Shown here: in pieces, positions 12,640 through 26,604 of the stretch
Layout: every line of letters starts with the position of its first letter
Position numbering within the stretch: position 1 is the stretch's first letter
Assembly: GCA_964016885.1 (NCBI GenBank)
Contig: OZ024751.1
Span: 9,176,001 to 9,240,000 of the forward strand
Reading direction: 5' to 3'
Source of the DNA: Eledone cirrhosa
Lineage: Eukaryota
Length of the DNA stretch: 64,000 nucleotides
Translations under genes and position numbers: made by a program
Notes under the pieces: generated by a model
Seen by the model: only the letters and a program-made list of their open reading frames with translations
What the model was told of the DNA's origin: nothing
Database searches by the model: none

Positions 12640-14850
12640 GGTAAAATTCCAAAGATCCATGGATGAGTTCTCTCCAGCGGTCTTTGTCCCTCATCATCGC
12701 AACCATGTCCTGCGTCTCCAAGAGACCAGTGTCTGTCCTTAGGTCATCAACATATGTCAACCTCAGTCTTCCCCTTCCAATGTGTCCATGCAGGGGGCTC
12801 GTACGTGAGTACTGAGTGCAGTATCAACTCTGGATATCGTTGAATATGTCCAGTTAACCTCAATCTCCTCTGTGCTACTTTCGAGCTGACTTTTTGGGTG
12901 GCTCCCGTACAGCTCTGAGTTCTTCATCCTCAGTATATACTGATTAATGTTCAGAGCCATCCTCAACATTCTCGTGTAGCACCCATCCACCATCTGAGTG
13001 AGTTTCTTGGTCAGTGTCCAAGTCTCAGACCCGTACATTAGCACAGCCTCCATTACAGCAACGAAGAGACGGATCTTCAGGTTTTTTACGAATGTCCGAC
13101 TTACACACCGATCTCGAACTGTGGCACGCCACCCAGGCTTTGCTCTTCCTCTCGACAAACATCTTCTGTATTCACAATCTTTGCTCCCAGATACCGGAAG
13201 TCCTCAACCAATTCTAGCTGCTTCCCACCTACGTTAGTAATCTTCTCTACCAGATATTCTGCCTTAATCTCATTCATTATCAGCCCCACACTCATCGACA
13301 CAGTCTAAACCTCCCGCATCAAATCCTCTGCATCCTTCACTGTATTTTTCACCAAAACTATGTCGTCGGCAAATTCAGCATCAGATATCTTTTTCGCCTT
13401 AACTCTCCTGCTCTGAGCCAGAGTCCTGGAGTTTCTCCAGCGCAAGGCGCATACAATAGTCCACTGCGATGATAAAAGGGTAAGGAGCCAATGTATCTCC
13501 CTGGAGAACTCCAGCCAGTATCTCAAACAACTCCGTAATCCCATCAAGTGTAATGACATCGGTGTTGGTGTTGGTGCAGAGCAGTGATATCAGGTCCACT
13601 ATCTTCTTGGGGATTCTGAAAGCCTGTAAGATTTTCATCAGGAAGTGACAGTCCACGGAATCAAAGGCCTTCCTAAAGTCAATGAAAAGCATAACAGCAA
13701 GAAGGCTTTTTCATCTAGCTCCCTCTAATATCTTCCTCAGCATCAGGATGTGACTGGTGGTTGATCGTCCCTCTCTGAAGCCGTTCGAGTTGTCCCTCAG
13801 CTTCTTCTCCATCTCGGGCTGGATCCTGTTGAGGGTCTTTGTCACAAGTGACGTCAGTGAGATCTGCCTGTAGCTGTACATCTCCCTTCTTTGGCACTGG
13901 GATAATGTTACTGATGCTCTACTGGTTCGGAGCAATTCCTTTTTCCTGTGTCTCGTTATATAACTCCAGGATGATGCCATCAAAATCACATCAATCCATC
14001 TTCTCCATGAGACTTGCCCTCCTTGATCTTCTTCTTGGCTCTCTGAAGCTCCTCTTAGGTTAAGGGTCCTGTCACAATATCCAGTTCCTTAAACAGCCGC
14101 CTGATCTCCCCAGTGTTCTGGGCTATGGAGGGCGGCTCTGCTAGTAGGGTCCTAAAATGGTCCAGCCATTTCCTCTTCCTATCCTCGGGCCCTGTTCCCT
14201 GGATCTGACTCAAACACGTTCTCTTCACTATGGTGTCGTTGATGATCATCCAGCTCTCCTTACACCCAGACATGTCAACTGCTCTCCCTACACTACTGAT
14301 ATTCTCTATCAGCGCCTCCAGTGTGGCCTCAGTCTAAGTGGCACAGAGTTATTCCCTCATCACCTCAATATTCTTCCTCTCCTCCGTAAGATCAGCATAC
14401 AATTGGTCCTTGGCAGCTCTCAGGTGTTCTCTGGCTGCACACACTTTTCGGTCTGCAGAGCTGGCGTAATTTCTCTTGTTCTTTCTCTCGACACCAGGCT
14501 CTCATTTGCTTCCGCCACTGTATTGGTAAAGTACCCGTACCTCCTCGTCACGCGCTCCTCAGTCCCTCCAATCTATCTCACCTCTGCCTCTCCACGCAGA
14601 GCACAGAACCTGTTCCTCACTTCTACTGTGAACCTCTCCTGTAGCTTATCATCTTCCTTGAAAGCTCCCCAGTCATAGATTGCTCTCCGGGGCTGAGACT
14701 CGGCCTTTCTTAAGCTCACCCGCAACTCTTTCATAACAGGTCCGTGGTCACTGCCCAGTGTACTGAAATAGTTGTATGGTTCTGTGTTCAGAACACTATT
14801 CCGTCAATTTTTGCTCACCAGAATGAAATAAATCTCGGACTTGGACATGT
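12640..14850 (-). mobile_element. Decayed RTE-clade LINE (part of endonuclease, RT and C-terminus)
   Basis: Fragment ORFs with NGFREGRST, FIDFRKAFDSV, GVLQGDTLAPY, EFADDIVL, LMYGSETWTLT; many frameshifts. Confidence 0.9.
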
Positions 14851-14892
14851 GCATATATATATATATGTATATATATGTATATATATATATGT

Positions 14893-14985
<93 letters not shown>

Positions 14986-15107
14986 TATATATCACGTGTG
15001 TGTGTTTATATGTGTGTGTTTATATATATATATATACATATATATCACGTGTGTGTGTTTATATGTGTGTGTTTATATATATATATACATATATATCACG
15101 TGTGTGT

Positions 15108-15165
<58 letters not shown>

Positions 15166-15243
15166 ATCTATGTATATATATATATACGGGTGTGTTTATA
15201 TGTGTGTGTGTGTGTGGGTGTGTATGTATGTAAATATATATAT

Positions 15244-15560
15244 CGCACATGGTAAACAGCGGAGTCCATGTGTTGTCCCTCTCCGTCATAACATTTTCCC
15301 CTCGGAAAACTCCCCAGTTGATTGATGCAAAATCCGAAATATAGGGACTAATAAATCACTTCAAAGTAACTCTATCTCGTGTTATTATTTTTTACACTTT
15401 TCCTACATTCTTTTACTCTCTCTACGTCTCTTTCTACATTTCCTCTTACTTCTCTCTCATTACCACCTGATTCTGTTACCCGGAGATTTACCCATCTGCA
15501 TTGTTGAGGCTTCCAAAACGACTATTTCATCATTCCACAATGTTTCGAGGAAACTTTAAC
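15244..15560 (+). mobile_element. PLE 3' end (related to 62500-62830) with HHR-shaped motif at 15311-15347
   Basis: Similar to the 3' UTR after the GIY-YIG ORF at 61644; TCCC-CAGTTGA..ATCC-GAAA-TA-TA-GGGA. Confidence 0.6.
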
Positions 15561-15641
15561 ACTCACTCATATATATATGTATATATAATGTATGTATATA
15601 TATGTTTGTATGTATAATGCATGTATATATATATATATATG

Positions 15642-15704
<63 letters not shown>

Positions 15705-15708
<4 letters not shown>

Positions 15709-17055
15709 CTCACCCCCACACCTCCATCCCACCACCCCGCAACTAACCTCACTAACACCGCCTAACCCCAAGCACACGAACACACGCACCCACTTACACC
15801 ACCCACCTGACACGCAACTAACATCACTAACACCCCCCAACCCCACGCACACGTACCCACACACCCTCGTACACCATCAACTCTACACACCCTACCACCA
15901 CTAACCCCCACTCACACCTGTATTCAACACCTCCCCACCTCCCGTATACTAACACCCACTAACACCTCTTCATCAAACTACACACACACCAGTACACCAC
16001 ACTCCCTCCATAGAACCACACACACCCTTCTCTCCCCGCTCCACCCATACCCTCGCTCTACACTCACTCATCCCACACACCCCTACTAATACACACACAC
16101 ACCCTCCTCACTCCAACTTTCACACCTACCTATCCTCGCCCCCTTACCATTCCACCAACTGCTGCTATGCCCTCTGACCACCTCCCAGCACTAACAGACC
16201 ACAGCACTCGCACTGCTGACCACTTCCTGTTGCGCGCGCACCCCACATCTCTCCTCTTCCGACCACCGCTTCATGGATTACCCACACGCAGAAATTGACT
16301 TACAACCAATCCACTAAACATCCTTGGAATTTACCAACTTTTCAACCATCCTCTTACGTAATTACCTATATAACTCACCCACACATACACACCCCAAAAA
16401 TGTTTTTCTCCACACGCCACCCACACCCACAACACGCTTAAACCCCACACACACGTGCTTTCCACCACATATTTACACCCTCAGCCTCCCAATTCCGTTC
16501 CCCCCACCCTCCTATCCACACACGCACAGACACTCCGACCCACTAAAATACCCCCCACACACACCTCTTCCTGAACATGCAACCCCGTTCTTCCCCCAAC
16601 CCTTACTTTCACATACACACACACACACCTACACACACACACCACTTTCAGACCTCCCCGCTCGGACACCCCGTCTCCCTCTCCCCACTCCACCCGCCAC
16701 CACCACTACTCACCCCACACCCTTCCACCACCTGTTTACCTTCCTTTTAATTTCAGTTTATTTTGATCATGCCTTTATTTTTTAATTTATCTCATTCCTT
16801 GTATTTTGTTCATGCTTTATTTTTATTTTTATCTTTATTTGTCATTTTTTCATTCGCACCGTTTCCTTTCGCTATATGTCTCTCCACCACTCCCCTACAC
16901 ACCTTTTGAACTCTGTTCCCACACACTTCTCACCTGAGGAAGGGCTTATGCCCGAAACTTCGTCCCCCACCTACACCCCACTCTCGTGAGCGTGAAATTA
17001 ATATACATTTATTGTACTGCCTCTCTGTTTTGTCCCTGTTCAAATTTTTCCATTA
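15705..17055 (+). mobile_element. CA-rich, probably PLE-type 3' UTR ending in a minimal HHR-like motif (16929-16990)
   Basis: CTCAC-CTGAGGA-a-GGGC-ttat-GCCC-GAAAC...GTGAG; stem III poorly formed. Confidence 0.5.
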
Positions 17056-17084
17056 TATATATATAGAGAGATATATAATATATA

Positions 17085-17132
<48 letters not shown>

Positions 17133-17189
17133 TATATATTTTTTTTATTATATATATATATATACTTTTATTATATATATATATATAAT

Positions 17190-17935
17190 ACAAGTATGTG
17201 TTCCTACATGTAAATAATACACATAGGGATACAAGTATAGATTGACCGTATGCCAGTGTGGTTCAATGGCAAGTTAATAAATTAACAAGAACATATAAAA
17301 TCAAAGGAAAGCAAATATAGAAAAAAATTATCAATATATTTCAAAAAATTCCCTGTATTACTATATGTGCCCTTACCGCGGTTTCAGATCCCAAACAAAT
17401 AGATAATCCTTGAGATAATAGATAAATAGATAACCATTGAGAAAGAGATCCTCGTCAGAAGGCTTTTCTCTCTCGGAGAATATAAAATTCCTGAGTTCAA
17501 ATTACAAACTGGCGCCATACAAAACTGCTCCAGCAAATGAATGATGAAACAATTTTGTCTAGTACCGTGTGCAAAGACTGAAAGCAAGGTGGACAGGTCA
17601 ATCTCTTGCTAATTAAAATAGCAGCCGTTCAAATGACCAATGTTCCTCTACCGTTGGGGAGAATAATAATAAAAGTATGTGTTCCTACATGTAAATAATA
17701 CACATAGGGATACATGTATAGTCCGACCGTATGCAAGTGTGGTTCAATGGCAAGTTAATAAATTAACAAGCCAGAGCATGTGAAATCAAGGGATTTCTTT
17801 CTCAATGGAAATCCGTTTGGTTTATATATTTGTTTGGAATCTGAAACCGCGGTAAAGGCAATATAGAAAGTACAGTGAATTTTTTGAAATATATTTTAAA
17901 TGTTTTTCTTTATTTGCTTTGCCTTGATTTTTTAT
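17190..17935. mobile_element. HHR-bearing ~481-bp unit (~1.2 copies, minus) joined head-to-head to a short plus arm (17790-17935)
   Basis: AAGTATGTGTTCCTACATG at 17192 and 17673; inverted arm; flanked by AT-rich microsatellite. Confidence 0.75.
17369..17463 (-). ncRNA. Type I hammerhead ribozyme
   Basis: GCCTT-CTGACGA-GGATCTC...GGGATCT-GAAA-CCGCGG-TA-AGGGC. Confidence 0.85.
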
Positions 17936-17976
17936 ATATCTATATATCTATATCTATCTATATATATATATATATA

Positions 17977-18892
17977 TCATTATCATCATCATCAGGTCGA
18001 ACTTGTTCGGCTTTCTACGACACGTTTCCTCCATCCACCTCTGTCTCTCATAGCGCTTGCCAGTTCTTCCGCAGTGCATCCAGTATCGTCCCCAAGTTGC
18101 TTGACGTAAGTCTTCTTGGGACGACCAGCCTTTCTTGCTCCATTGAGATGGACTCCATAAAAACACATCACATGCTATTTATTCCTTGCTGAGCCAACAG
18201 TGGCCAGCAAATCTGAGTCTCTGTCCACGTATTGACTTGTTGATAGGTGGTATATTGCCATAGAGATCCTTATTTTTTGGGTGTTCCCTCCAAGACACGT
18301 TTAAAGCAGCACGGAGCATACGTGCGTATGCCCCGTCTAGCTTTTTCTCCAATTTCGACATTAACGTCCAAGTAACAGAGCCATAAACAAGCACAGATTC
18401 CACAGCAACTCTGAAGAAATTCCTTTTCAGTTTGGCCGGCAGGTTTGAGTTCCATATTTTTTCCATTGCATTCAATGCTCCCCAGGCTTTTCCCAGTCTG
18501 GTGTTAACATCATGTTCTGTGGAGGCGATATAACTACCCAGGTATTTGAAGTCGTCAACTTGCTTGATTAAATCGCCGTTTAGACTTCGCATAACAACTG
18601 AGGAGTCTTGGCTCATTGCTGGAGTACTCCAAGGGGATAATCTTGCACCATATATTTCTAATATATACCTAAACTATGTATTGAGGAAAGCCCTGGACGA
18701 AAACTTAGAACTTGGTTTCACTCTCACAAAGCGAAAGTGTAGACGCCATGCAGCTCAGAAAATCACCGATGCTGACTATGCGGATGATTTAGCGGTCCTC
18801 GCTGACTACCTTAAGAATGCAACATCACTACTTCACCGCATCGAATCAGTTGCAAAGGAAATCGGACTCTATGTCAACGCAGGCAGAACAGA

Positions 18893-18895
<3 letters not shown>
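17977..18895 (-). mobile_element. 5'-truncated RTE LINE with 5' inversion (18611-18895 on +)
   Basis: Minus ORF 18179..18616 (FKYLGS, LVYGSVTWT, RLRFAGHC) with (GAT)n tail; plus segment GVLQGD..DYADDL..TEY. Confidence 0.9.
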
Positions 18896-18936
<41 letters not shown>

Positions 18937-18939
18937 GTG

Positions 18940-18971
<32 letters not shown>

Positions 18972-18985
18972 CATATACATATATA

Positions 18986-19030
<45 letters not shown>

Positions 19031-19409
19031 TCGTGCCCTACTCATTTGATACGTGTGTGCATATGTGCGTATGTTTCTGAATATATGTATATGTACATTT
19101 GAGTGATAATATATATGTTGTTTGTAAATCACAATACCGAATCTCTATTATAATTTCATACATTTAATCATTGTTTCAGTAATTTCATATAAAGTTATTT
19201 CTTCCGCTGAACTTTAATCTATTAACCTAACCTACTTCACACACTTCATTCTATTGTCATATTGCCTCCTACCTTCATTCATACCACTCATCCTATCTTC
19301 AATCGTTTAAAGTGTTTCATACGTATTCCAGAAAGTTTAATCATTTATCTTCTTTTTACCTATCTACGTACTACAATAATATTTGACACCCCAATACACA
19401 CAAACGCAC

Positions 19410-19970
<561 letters not shown>

Positions 19971-20013
19971 GATATTAAACAAGTGGAAACTATATTTATA
20001 AAACCATATTTAT

Positions 20014-20073
20014 TTCATTATATATATTTCAGGGCTATCATATTAAAAATATGGTATGCCTTCCTCAGACAAA
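20014..20073 (-). ncRNA. Type I hammerhead ribozyme within foldback element 19970-20320
   Basis: TTTGT-CTGAGGA-AGG..CATATT-ttt-AATATG..CCT-GAAA-TATATA-TA-ATGAA; second arm starts at ~20153 in loop II. Confidence 0.6.
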
Positions 20074-20348
20074 ATACAATATATATACCGTTTTATAAAT
20101 AAATTTGACATACCTTAAACATTACAACTTCCATTTAAAAAGTTGATTTGGTAATATGATATCCCTGAAATATATATAAATGAAATAAATATGGTTTTAT
20201 AAATATAGTTTCCATTTGTTTAATATAGTAAATCTACTCCAAAACTTGTTGAGTGCTTTTATATCAGTTATAAAATATTTACTCGTTGTAACCCAACAAT
20301 TTTAAATAATACTTTTGCATATATATATTTATATATATATACATATAT

Positions 20349-21569
20349 TACTGCTTCTTCTTTCTCTGTACCTTTACTCTCTCTAGCAGTCACTCTCTCT
20401 GTTAGCCTATTCCTCACCCTTCACTCACTCACTCTCTGATACTTCCTCTCCTCCTTCTTCCCGTTTGACCTGTGCGTAATTCTTTTCTTTCGCACGCTTG
20501 GTCAGGCAGGTTGCTATTTTTCTCTCTCTCGTCTACGATTTCACAGAACTTACGTTCACCGAATTCACAGACTAGATCCCTTCTTCCTTCCGTTAGACCT
20601 GTACGGAATTCCTTCCTTGCTCACATTCCAACCAAGTTTGATGGTCTTTATTCTCTTTCGTTCACGATTTCACCGAACTTATATTCATGGAAATTTGGGA
20701 CTTGACTCCTTCTTCCTCACTTTTCGTTGCTTCACCATCTTTGTTTGTTTACACTCTCGTGTCCCCTTTATTTACGTGTCCCAACGACTTTTTTTAGCCG
20801 TTGTTCGCACCAACCGGAGGTATATGGTCTTTAAAGCGATGAAATACCAATGATGGTTGGAAGATCACTGATGAAGGACTAACTTTTTCATATGTAACCC
20901 ATTAGCAACCACGCAGCCCGTTTATTCTCATATTTAAACATATTTTTTTCCCTCGTTGTGACCCGTCTATTTCGTTCTTACTGCTTCCTCTTTCTCTGTA
21001 CCTTTACCCTCTCTAGCAGTCACTCTCTCTGTTAGCCTATTCCCCACCCTTCACTCACTCACACTCTGTTACTACCTCTCCTCTCCCTCCTTCTTCCCGT
21101 TTGACCTGTGCGTAATTCTTTTCTCTCGCACCCTTGGTCAGGCAGATCGCTTTTTTTCTCTCTCCCTCGTTTACGATTTCACAGAACTTACGTTCACCGA
21201 ATTCACAGACTAGATCCCTTCTTCCTCCCGTTATACCTGTACAGAATTCCTTCCTTGCTCACATTCCAACCAGGTTTGATGGTCTTTATTCTCTCTCGTT
21301 CACGATTTCACCGAACTTATATTCATGGAAATTTGGGACTTGACTCCTTCTTCCTCACTTTTCGTTGCTTCACCATCTTTGTTTGTTTACACTCTCGTGT
21401 CCCCTTTATTTACGTGTCCCAACGACTTTTTTTTAGCCGTTGCTCGCACCAACTAGAGGTATATGGTCTTTAAAGCGATGAAATACCAATGATGGTTGGA
21501 AGATCACTGATGAAGGACTAACTGTTTCATATGTAACCCATTAGCAACCACGCAGCACGTTTATTCTTA

Positions 21570-21575
<6 letters not shown>
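20349..21575 (+). repeat. Tandem dimer of a ~630-bp pyrimidine-rich unit
   Basis: TTACTGCTTC at 20348 and 20978; ends in (AT)n. Confidence 0.9.
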
Positions 21576-21652
<77 letters not shown>

Positions 21653-21655
<3 letters not shown>

Positions 21656-21758
21656 TAAACGGAAAAGAAAATGGTGACAAATTTTTCACTGTGAACAATT
21701 TGTCAGCATTTTCTTTTCCGTTTACCAACATATCATAGCTCGTGTGTTACACCTCTAT

Positions 21759-21770
<12 letters not shown>
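21653..21770. repeat. Small foldback insert between (AT)n tracts
   Basis: TTGGTAAACGGAAAAGAAAATG...CATTTTCTTTTCCGTTTACCAA. Confidence 0.75.
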
Positions 21771-21842
<72 letters not shown>

Positions 21843-21846
<4 letters not shown>

Positions 21847-22710
21847 ACTAGAAATAGATTGAAACATATATATATATAAAATCTGGGAATGACTCGAACC
21901 ACATGAAACAATCTCAGGGAATAATTTGTAAAGTGTGTAAGCATACATAGCTAGGTAGGTAACTAATTAAAATTTAACTAGAACTTCAAATGTAGATACC
22001 TTTTAAAATGATTAATCTCCTTTGTATATATTTCTTTAAATAAGAAGTATATTTCACCAATTAATCCGTAAATCACAGCAGTCAAATCCTGGATGGTCAC
22101 CAAAGGAGAATATCCAACCATCTGTGTTTACACGTGGTTCGAGTCATTCCCAGATTTGCACTTGCTGTGTAAACACAGATGGTTGGATATTCTCCTTTGG
22201 TGACCATCCAGGATTTGACTGCTGTGATTTACGGATTAATTGGTGAAATATATTTCTTACTTAAAGAAATATATACAAAGGAGATTAATCATTTTAAAAG
22301 GTATCTACATTTGAAGTTCTAGTTAAATTTTAATTATTTACCTACCTAGCTATGTGTGCTTACACACTTTACAAATTATTCCCTGAGATTGTTTCATGTA
22401 TTTTTTTTATATATATATGTGTCAATCTTGTAGTTGATATAAAATCCTCGGAACTATTCTTTGAGCTTATTCTGCAGTGAATATGGCACATGTCTCTCAC
22501 ACATAACAACCTTACCTTAATTTAATTTTGGATATATATACGGCCCCCTGATTGTAGAGCTAATTCAGTTGAATGGACTCGGCTGCTATTTCTAGCTGTC
22601 GATAATCCTATTCACGCCTCTGGGATGACGCGGTGCGAGGTTTGTATTTTTTATAAAATGCAACACGTGGTTGGAGTCATTCACAGATTTGCATTTGCTG
22701 TGTAAACACA
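21843..22710. mobile_element. ~533-bp unit (about 1.1 copies) plus inverted arm; related to 30711-31485
   Basis: CACGTGGTT.GAGTCATTC at 22131 and 22665; inverted arm 21843-22132. Confidence 0.7.
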
Positions 22711-22711
22711 A

Positions 22712-23760
22712 AAGACCGTGTGACCTCTGCGCCGCTGAGGCCCTAGAAATACTCTACGCCACAGACCCCATCTTGAACAAAAAATATGAGGCAATTTCGG
22801 CTTGTAAACATAAATTGCACAAAACTTTCCTGTATTACAGCCGCACGTTATACCCTAACGGATAGTACGATCTATACTCGGATATTTTACGTCTTGATGT
22901 GGTAGCTAAGTATATGTTATATGTATACCATTACTTATTTGTATAGGTAAGTATATATTACCTGTATGTTTTGTGAAGGTACGTATACTTTCTCGTACGT
23001 ATATTTGATTGTATATGTTATGGCGTATATCTTATATATTCTGGTACATATGCTTTTGGTTATGTGTATACGTGAGTTTTTCGTCTATCTGAGTATGCGG
23101 GTTCGTACGTATGCAGGGTACGTGTATATGGGTATTTCGTGTTTTGGTTAACGTGGGTCTCCGAACATATGTGTATTTACATGTAGGTATGTGTGTGCGC
23201 TTGTTATATATATATATTTATTTATTTATATACGTTTATTTAATTATTTGTATACACGCACATACAAACACGCATTTATATGTGCGTGTATTTGTATACC
23301 TATGGCGAGTGTTTTCGCGTATGCATGTGTATGTACATATATGGATGCGTGTATGTATTTATTTAATTTCAATTGCCTTTGTATTTTATTTTCTTTATTC
23401 TTAACTCTGAAGCCGAGAATCATTCCGTTTCCCAGTTAGAATTTTAGTCTACGACTTCAATTATACCATTTGCGTGGTTTTGTCTTTGTGTGCAATTGTT
23501 CTCCACGCTCCACATATGACGTATTATCTTCGTTTTTTCCCGTTCTTTGCCAGAGAACGTTTCCACGAATCAAAGTATCGTCTTCCTGTCTTCCTCCGGT
23601 TGCAACGTTTTTTGAAATATTCACTTCTGCGTTCACAGATTGACATTGGTAGTTTCAGAAGATCCCGTTAAGGGTGCAAGCAGCGATTCTTTGCTTACAC
23701 TTTAATCTGTTATTTTAATAAATATTTGCCCTACGGTTCTTATATATTTGATATATATTT
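22712..23760 (+). mobile_element. PLE 3' fragment (ORF C-terminus plus presumed 3' UTR)
   Basis: ORF 22671..22865 has CDLC..E..ILNKKYEAISACKH; 3' boundary uncertain. Confidence 0.6.
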
Positions 23761-23829
23761 ATCCTTATCGAGCCCACTTTGAATTTTAATCTTCACATTT
23801 ATTATTATTACTATATATATATATATATA

Positions 23830-23998
<169 letters not shown>

Positions 23999-24142
23999 GA
24001 GTATATGTTGGTTGTATACCAACACCTCAGTATGCAAACTGGAGCACTCGACGAAGTGTGCACGTTGGTTTGGTTACTCCGGAGTAATGTAAAATAAAAT
24101 AACATAAATAAGTCAAATGTTTAAAATTTTGCTTCGTTTATT

Positions 24143-24197
24143 ACTGCTATATATATTTCGGTGACAGCCATCTTTGGCTGTGACCTCTTCAGGCAGT
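24143..24197 (-). ncRNA. Type I hammerhead ribozyme
   Basis: Reverse complement of 24428-24482. Confidence 0.85.
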
Positions 24198-24427
24198 CCG
24201 AATTAGTGTGGTATAGTCAAGTACATATGTTGTTGAGGTGTATAACCTTGTCAATACTCTGATATGCCCAGTTCCTGGTTGGGTTGTTATTTTACTGAGG
24301 AACTGGAATTATATAATTTCAGTTCCTCAGTGAAATAACAACCCAATCAGGTACTGGGCATATAAGAGTATTGACAAGGCTATACACCTCAACAACATAT
24401 GTACTTGTCTATACCACACTTATTCGG

Positions 24428-24482
24428 ACTGCCTGAAGAGGTCACAGCCAAAGATGGCTGTCACCGAAATATATATAGCAGT
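24428..24482 (+). ncRNA. Type I hammerhead ribozyme
   Basis: ACTGC-CTGAAGA-GGTcACAGCCA-aaga-TGGCTGTcACC-GAAA-TATATA-TA-GCAGT. Confidence 0.9.
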
Positions 24483-24532
24483 AATAAACGAAATTAAATT
24501 TTAAACATTAGACTTATTTATTTTATTTTATG

Positions 24533-24589
<57 letters not shown>

Positions 24590-24599
<10 letters not shown>

Positions 24600-25930
24600 G
24601 AAAGAAGGATAACATGGTTGGCTGTACAATAAGGGATTTATTCACAGTGCTGTCAATTGTTTCGTTGATCTGGTGGTTCTAGAGTTAGCTAATCGCTTGA
24701 AGCTGCGTCAAGTGATCTACAATACTTTGTTTACAACCAGTTAATACATCAGACCAAGTATATATGAGAATAATACGCAAGGCATGGCTTTTATAAAAGA
24801 GTGGTGTTAAACCAAAACAATAACATCAGTAACAAAATATTTTGATAGTGAATAATTAAAACAATAACATCAGTAATAATAAAAATAGAACATAATAATA
24901 AAACACGCATGGTAAATAAACAGAGATGTACAGTTGTATGAAGTGACATGCGAAATCTACTATAGGGTACATTAAAGATAGTAGTAGTACTAAGGTAATT
25001 GCAAGCACTAGAGTAGTCGCTAACCAAAGCTACGGACCCATTCTATCCGTCTGGAGATACGTTGTACTAGCTTACCAGCATACTAGTAGCAGGAAGTAAC
25101 GTCAGGGAATGTGACTTTTCCGGCACTGCAGCGCCTTTCGGCGGGCCGTGCTGGTTTTGGATGGCCATTGACTCCAAGAGCTCTAAGAGCTCCCAGGAGT
25201 CCCTTTGCCCTTTGACAGGTTTTGTTTTTAGTCCGGGTAACCCACCACACGGAGGAGAAAGCACCTTCTTCAAGACTTGGCTGTCAAATTCTTTCACATG
25301 TGTGTAGTAGTGGCGCCCACAAACATTATTAGCTATTTGTAAAGATGATGGATTTCGCAACTAACTGCACCAGGGTTCCTGTTCCTCAGGGAACCACACT
25401 ATATGGTATACCTGTTGATATAGGTCCAGCCCCTGCTTTCCCGGGTCCTGTTTCTTATCATAATGATCTCTAGGGATACGGGAATCAGTAGACAGGACCT
25501 GGGGGAAGCGATGGGGGACAGGGAATTCTGGGGCATGAGAGTGAGATCCATCATCTCGACAGTAGTCGAAGAATGATGATGATGACTAAGGTAATCAATT
25601 AACGTAGATAAAGGGATAAATAAAAAAATTGTACTTAGTGTCAGATTTTAGGATCTCCACTTAAATGCAATTATTAGAGATTTAGATACAAATTATTCAC
25701 TATCTAGATATTTTGTTACTAATGTTATTGTTTTGGTTTAACACCACTCTATTATTCTCATATCCACTTGCACTGATGTATTGACTGGATGTAAACAAAG
25801 TATTGAAGATCGATTGACGCAGCATCAAGCGATTGGCCCCACCAGATCAACGAAATAATTGTCAGCACTGTGAAGAAAGCCCTTATTGTACAGTCAACCA
25901 TGTTACTCTTCTTTCTTTAATTATTATTAC
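24590..25930. mobile_element. Older inverted-arm element (24590-24860 / 25718-25930) with HHR-like motifs at 24648-24756 (-) and 25769-25867 (+); spacer holds another repeat (~25060-25300, related to 53680-53860)
   Basis: Diverged inverted arms; CTGATGT-aTTGACTGG...CCAGaTCAAc-GAAA-TAATTG-TC-AGCA. Confidence 0.6.
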
Positions 25931-26107
25931 TCCAAGTATAACCTGCATAGAAATTACTGCGAACACGCTATATCAATATGGAAGCGTCTTGTTGAGTCAA
26001 ACTAAGTTAAAACCAGCCACAACACGGAGCACTCTAACTGGACTACCTCTAAGTTGATTACCTATAACGATAACTTGTTATCCCATATATATACATATAT
26101 ATATATA

Positions 26108-26320
26108 TGACGAAGGAAATGTGGTAAGGAACCAGGTGGACCATAACGCACCAAAGTACTCAATACTTAGGGTAGTAGAGTTGGTAATAGGAACCAGTAA
26201 GACCCCGACGGCTGAGCTCAAGGATAAATTTTCATTTAGTCCAGAATAAATTTTCATTTAGTCCAGAATTAGCCGTCGAAACGGCTTGAGCTCAGCCGTC
26301 TGGGTCTTACTGGTTCCTAT
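26108..26320. mobile_element. Head-to-head half-HHR element
   Basis: GAAA-CGGCTTGAGCTCAGCCG-TC; short direct duplication at the junction; flanked by (AT)n. Confidence 0.7.
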
Positions 26321-26522
26321 ATATATATGATATATATATGATATATATATATATATATATATGATATATAAATATATATGATGTATATATATAGTATCTA
26401 TGATGTATATAAATATGGATATGATATATATATATATATATGATATATATATGATATATATATATGATATATATATATATATGATATATATATATATATA
26501 ACATATATATATATGATATATA

Positions 26523-26599
<77 letters not shown>

Positions 26600-26604
26600 C
26601 ACAC

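Larger units (their letters stand above)
24090..24535. mobile_element. Near-perfect head-to-head foldback element with one HHR per arm
   Basis: Palindrome centred ~24312; AATAAA follows each HHR. Confidence 0.85.

Noticed and set aside
20855-20900. CTGATGA as a hammerhead core
   Set aside because: No stem II plus GAAA downstream; reported as a pseudoknot candidate instead
22234-22290. SECIS-like hairpin
   Set aside because: Lacks the 3' GA of the non-Watson-Crick quartet in register
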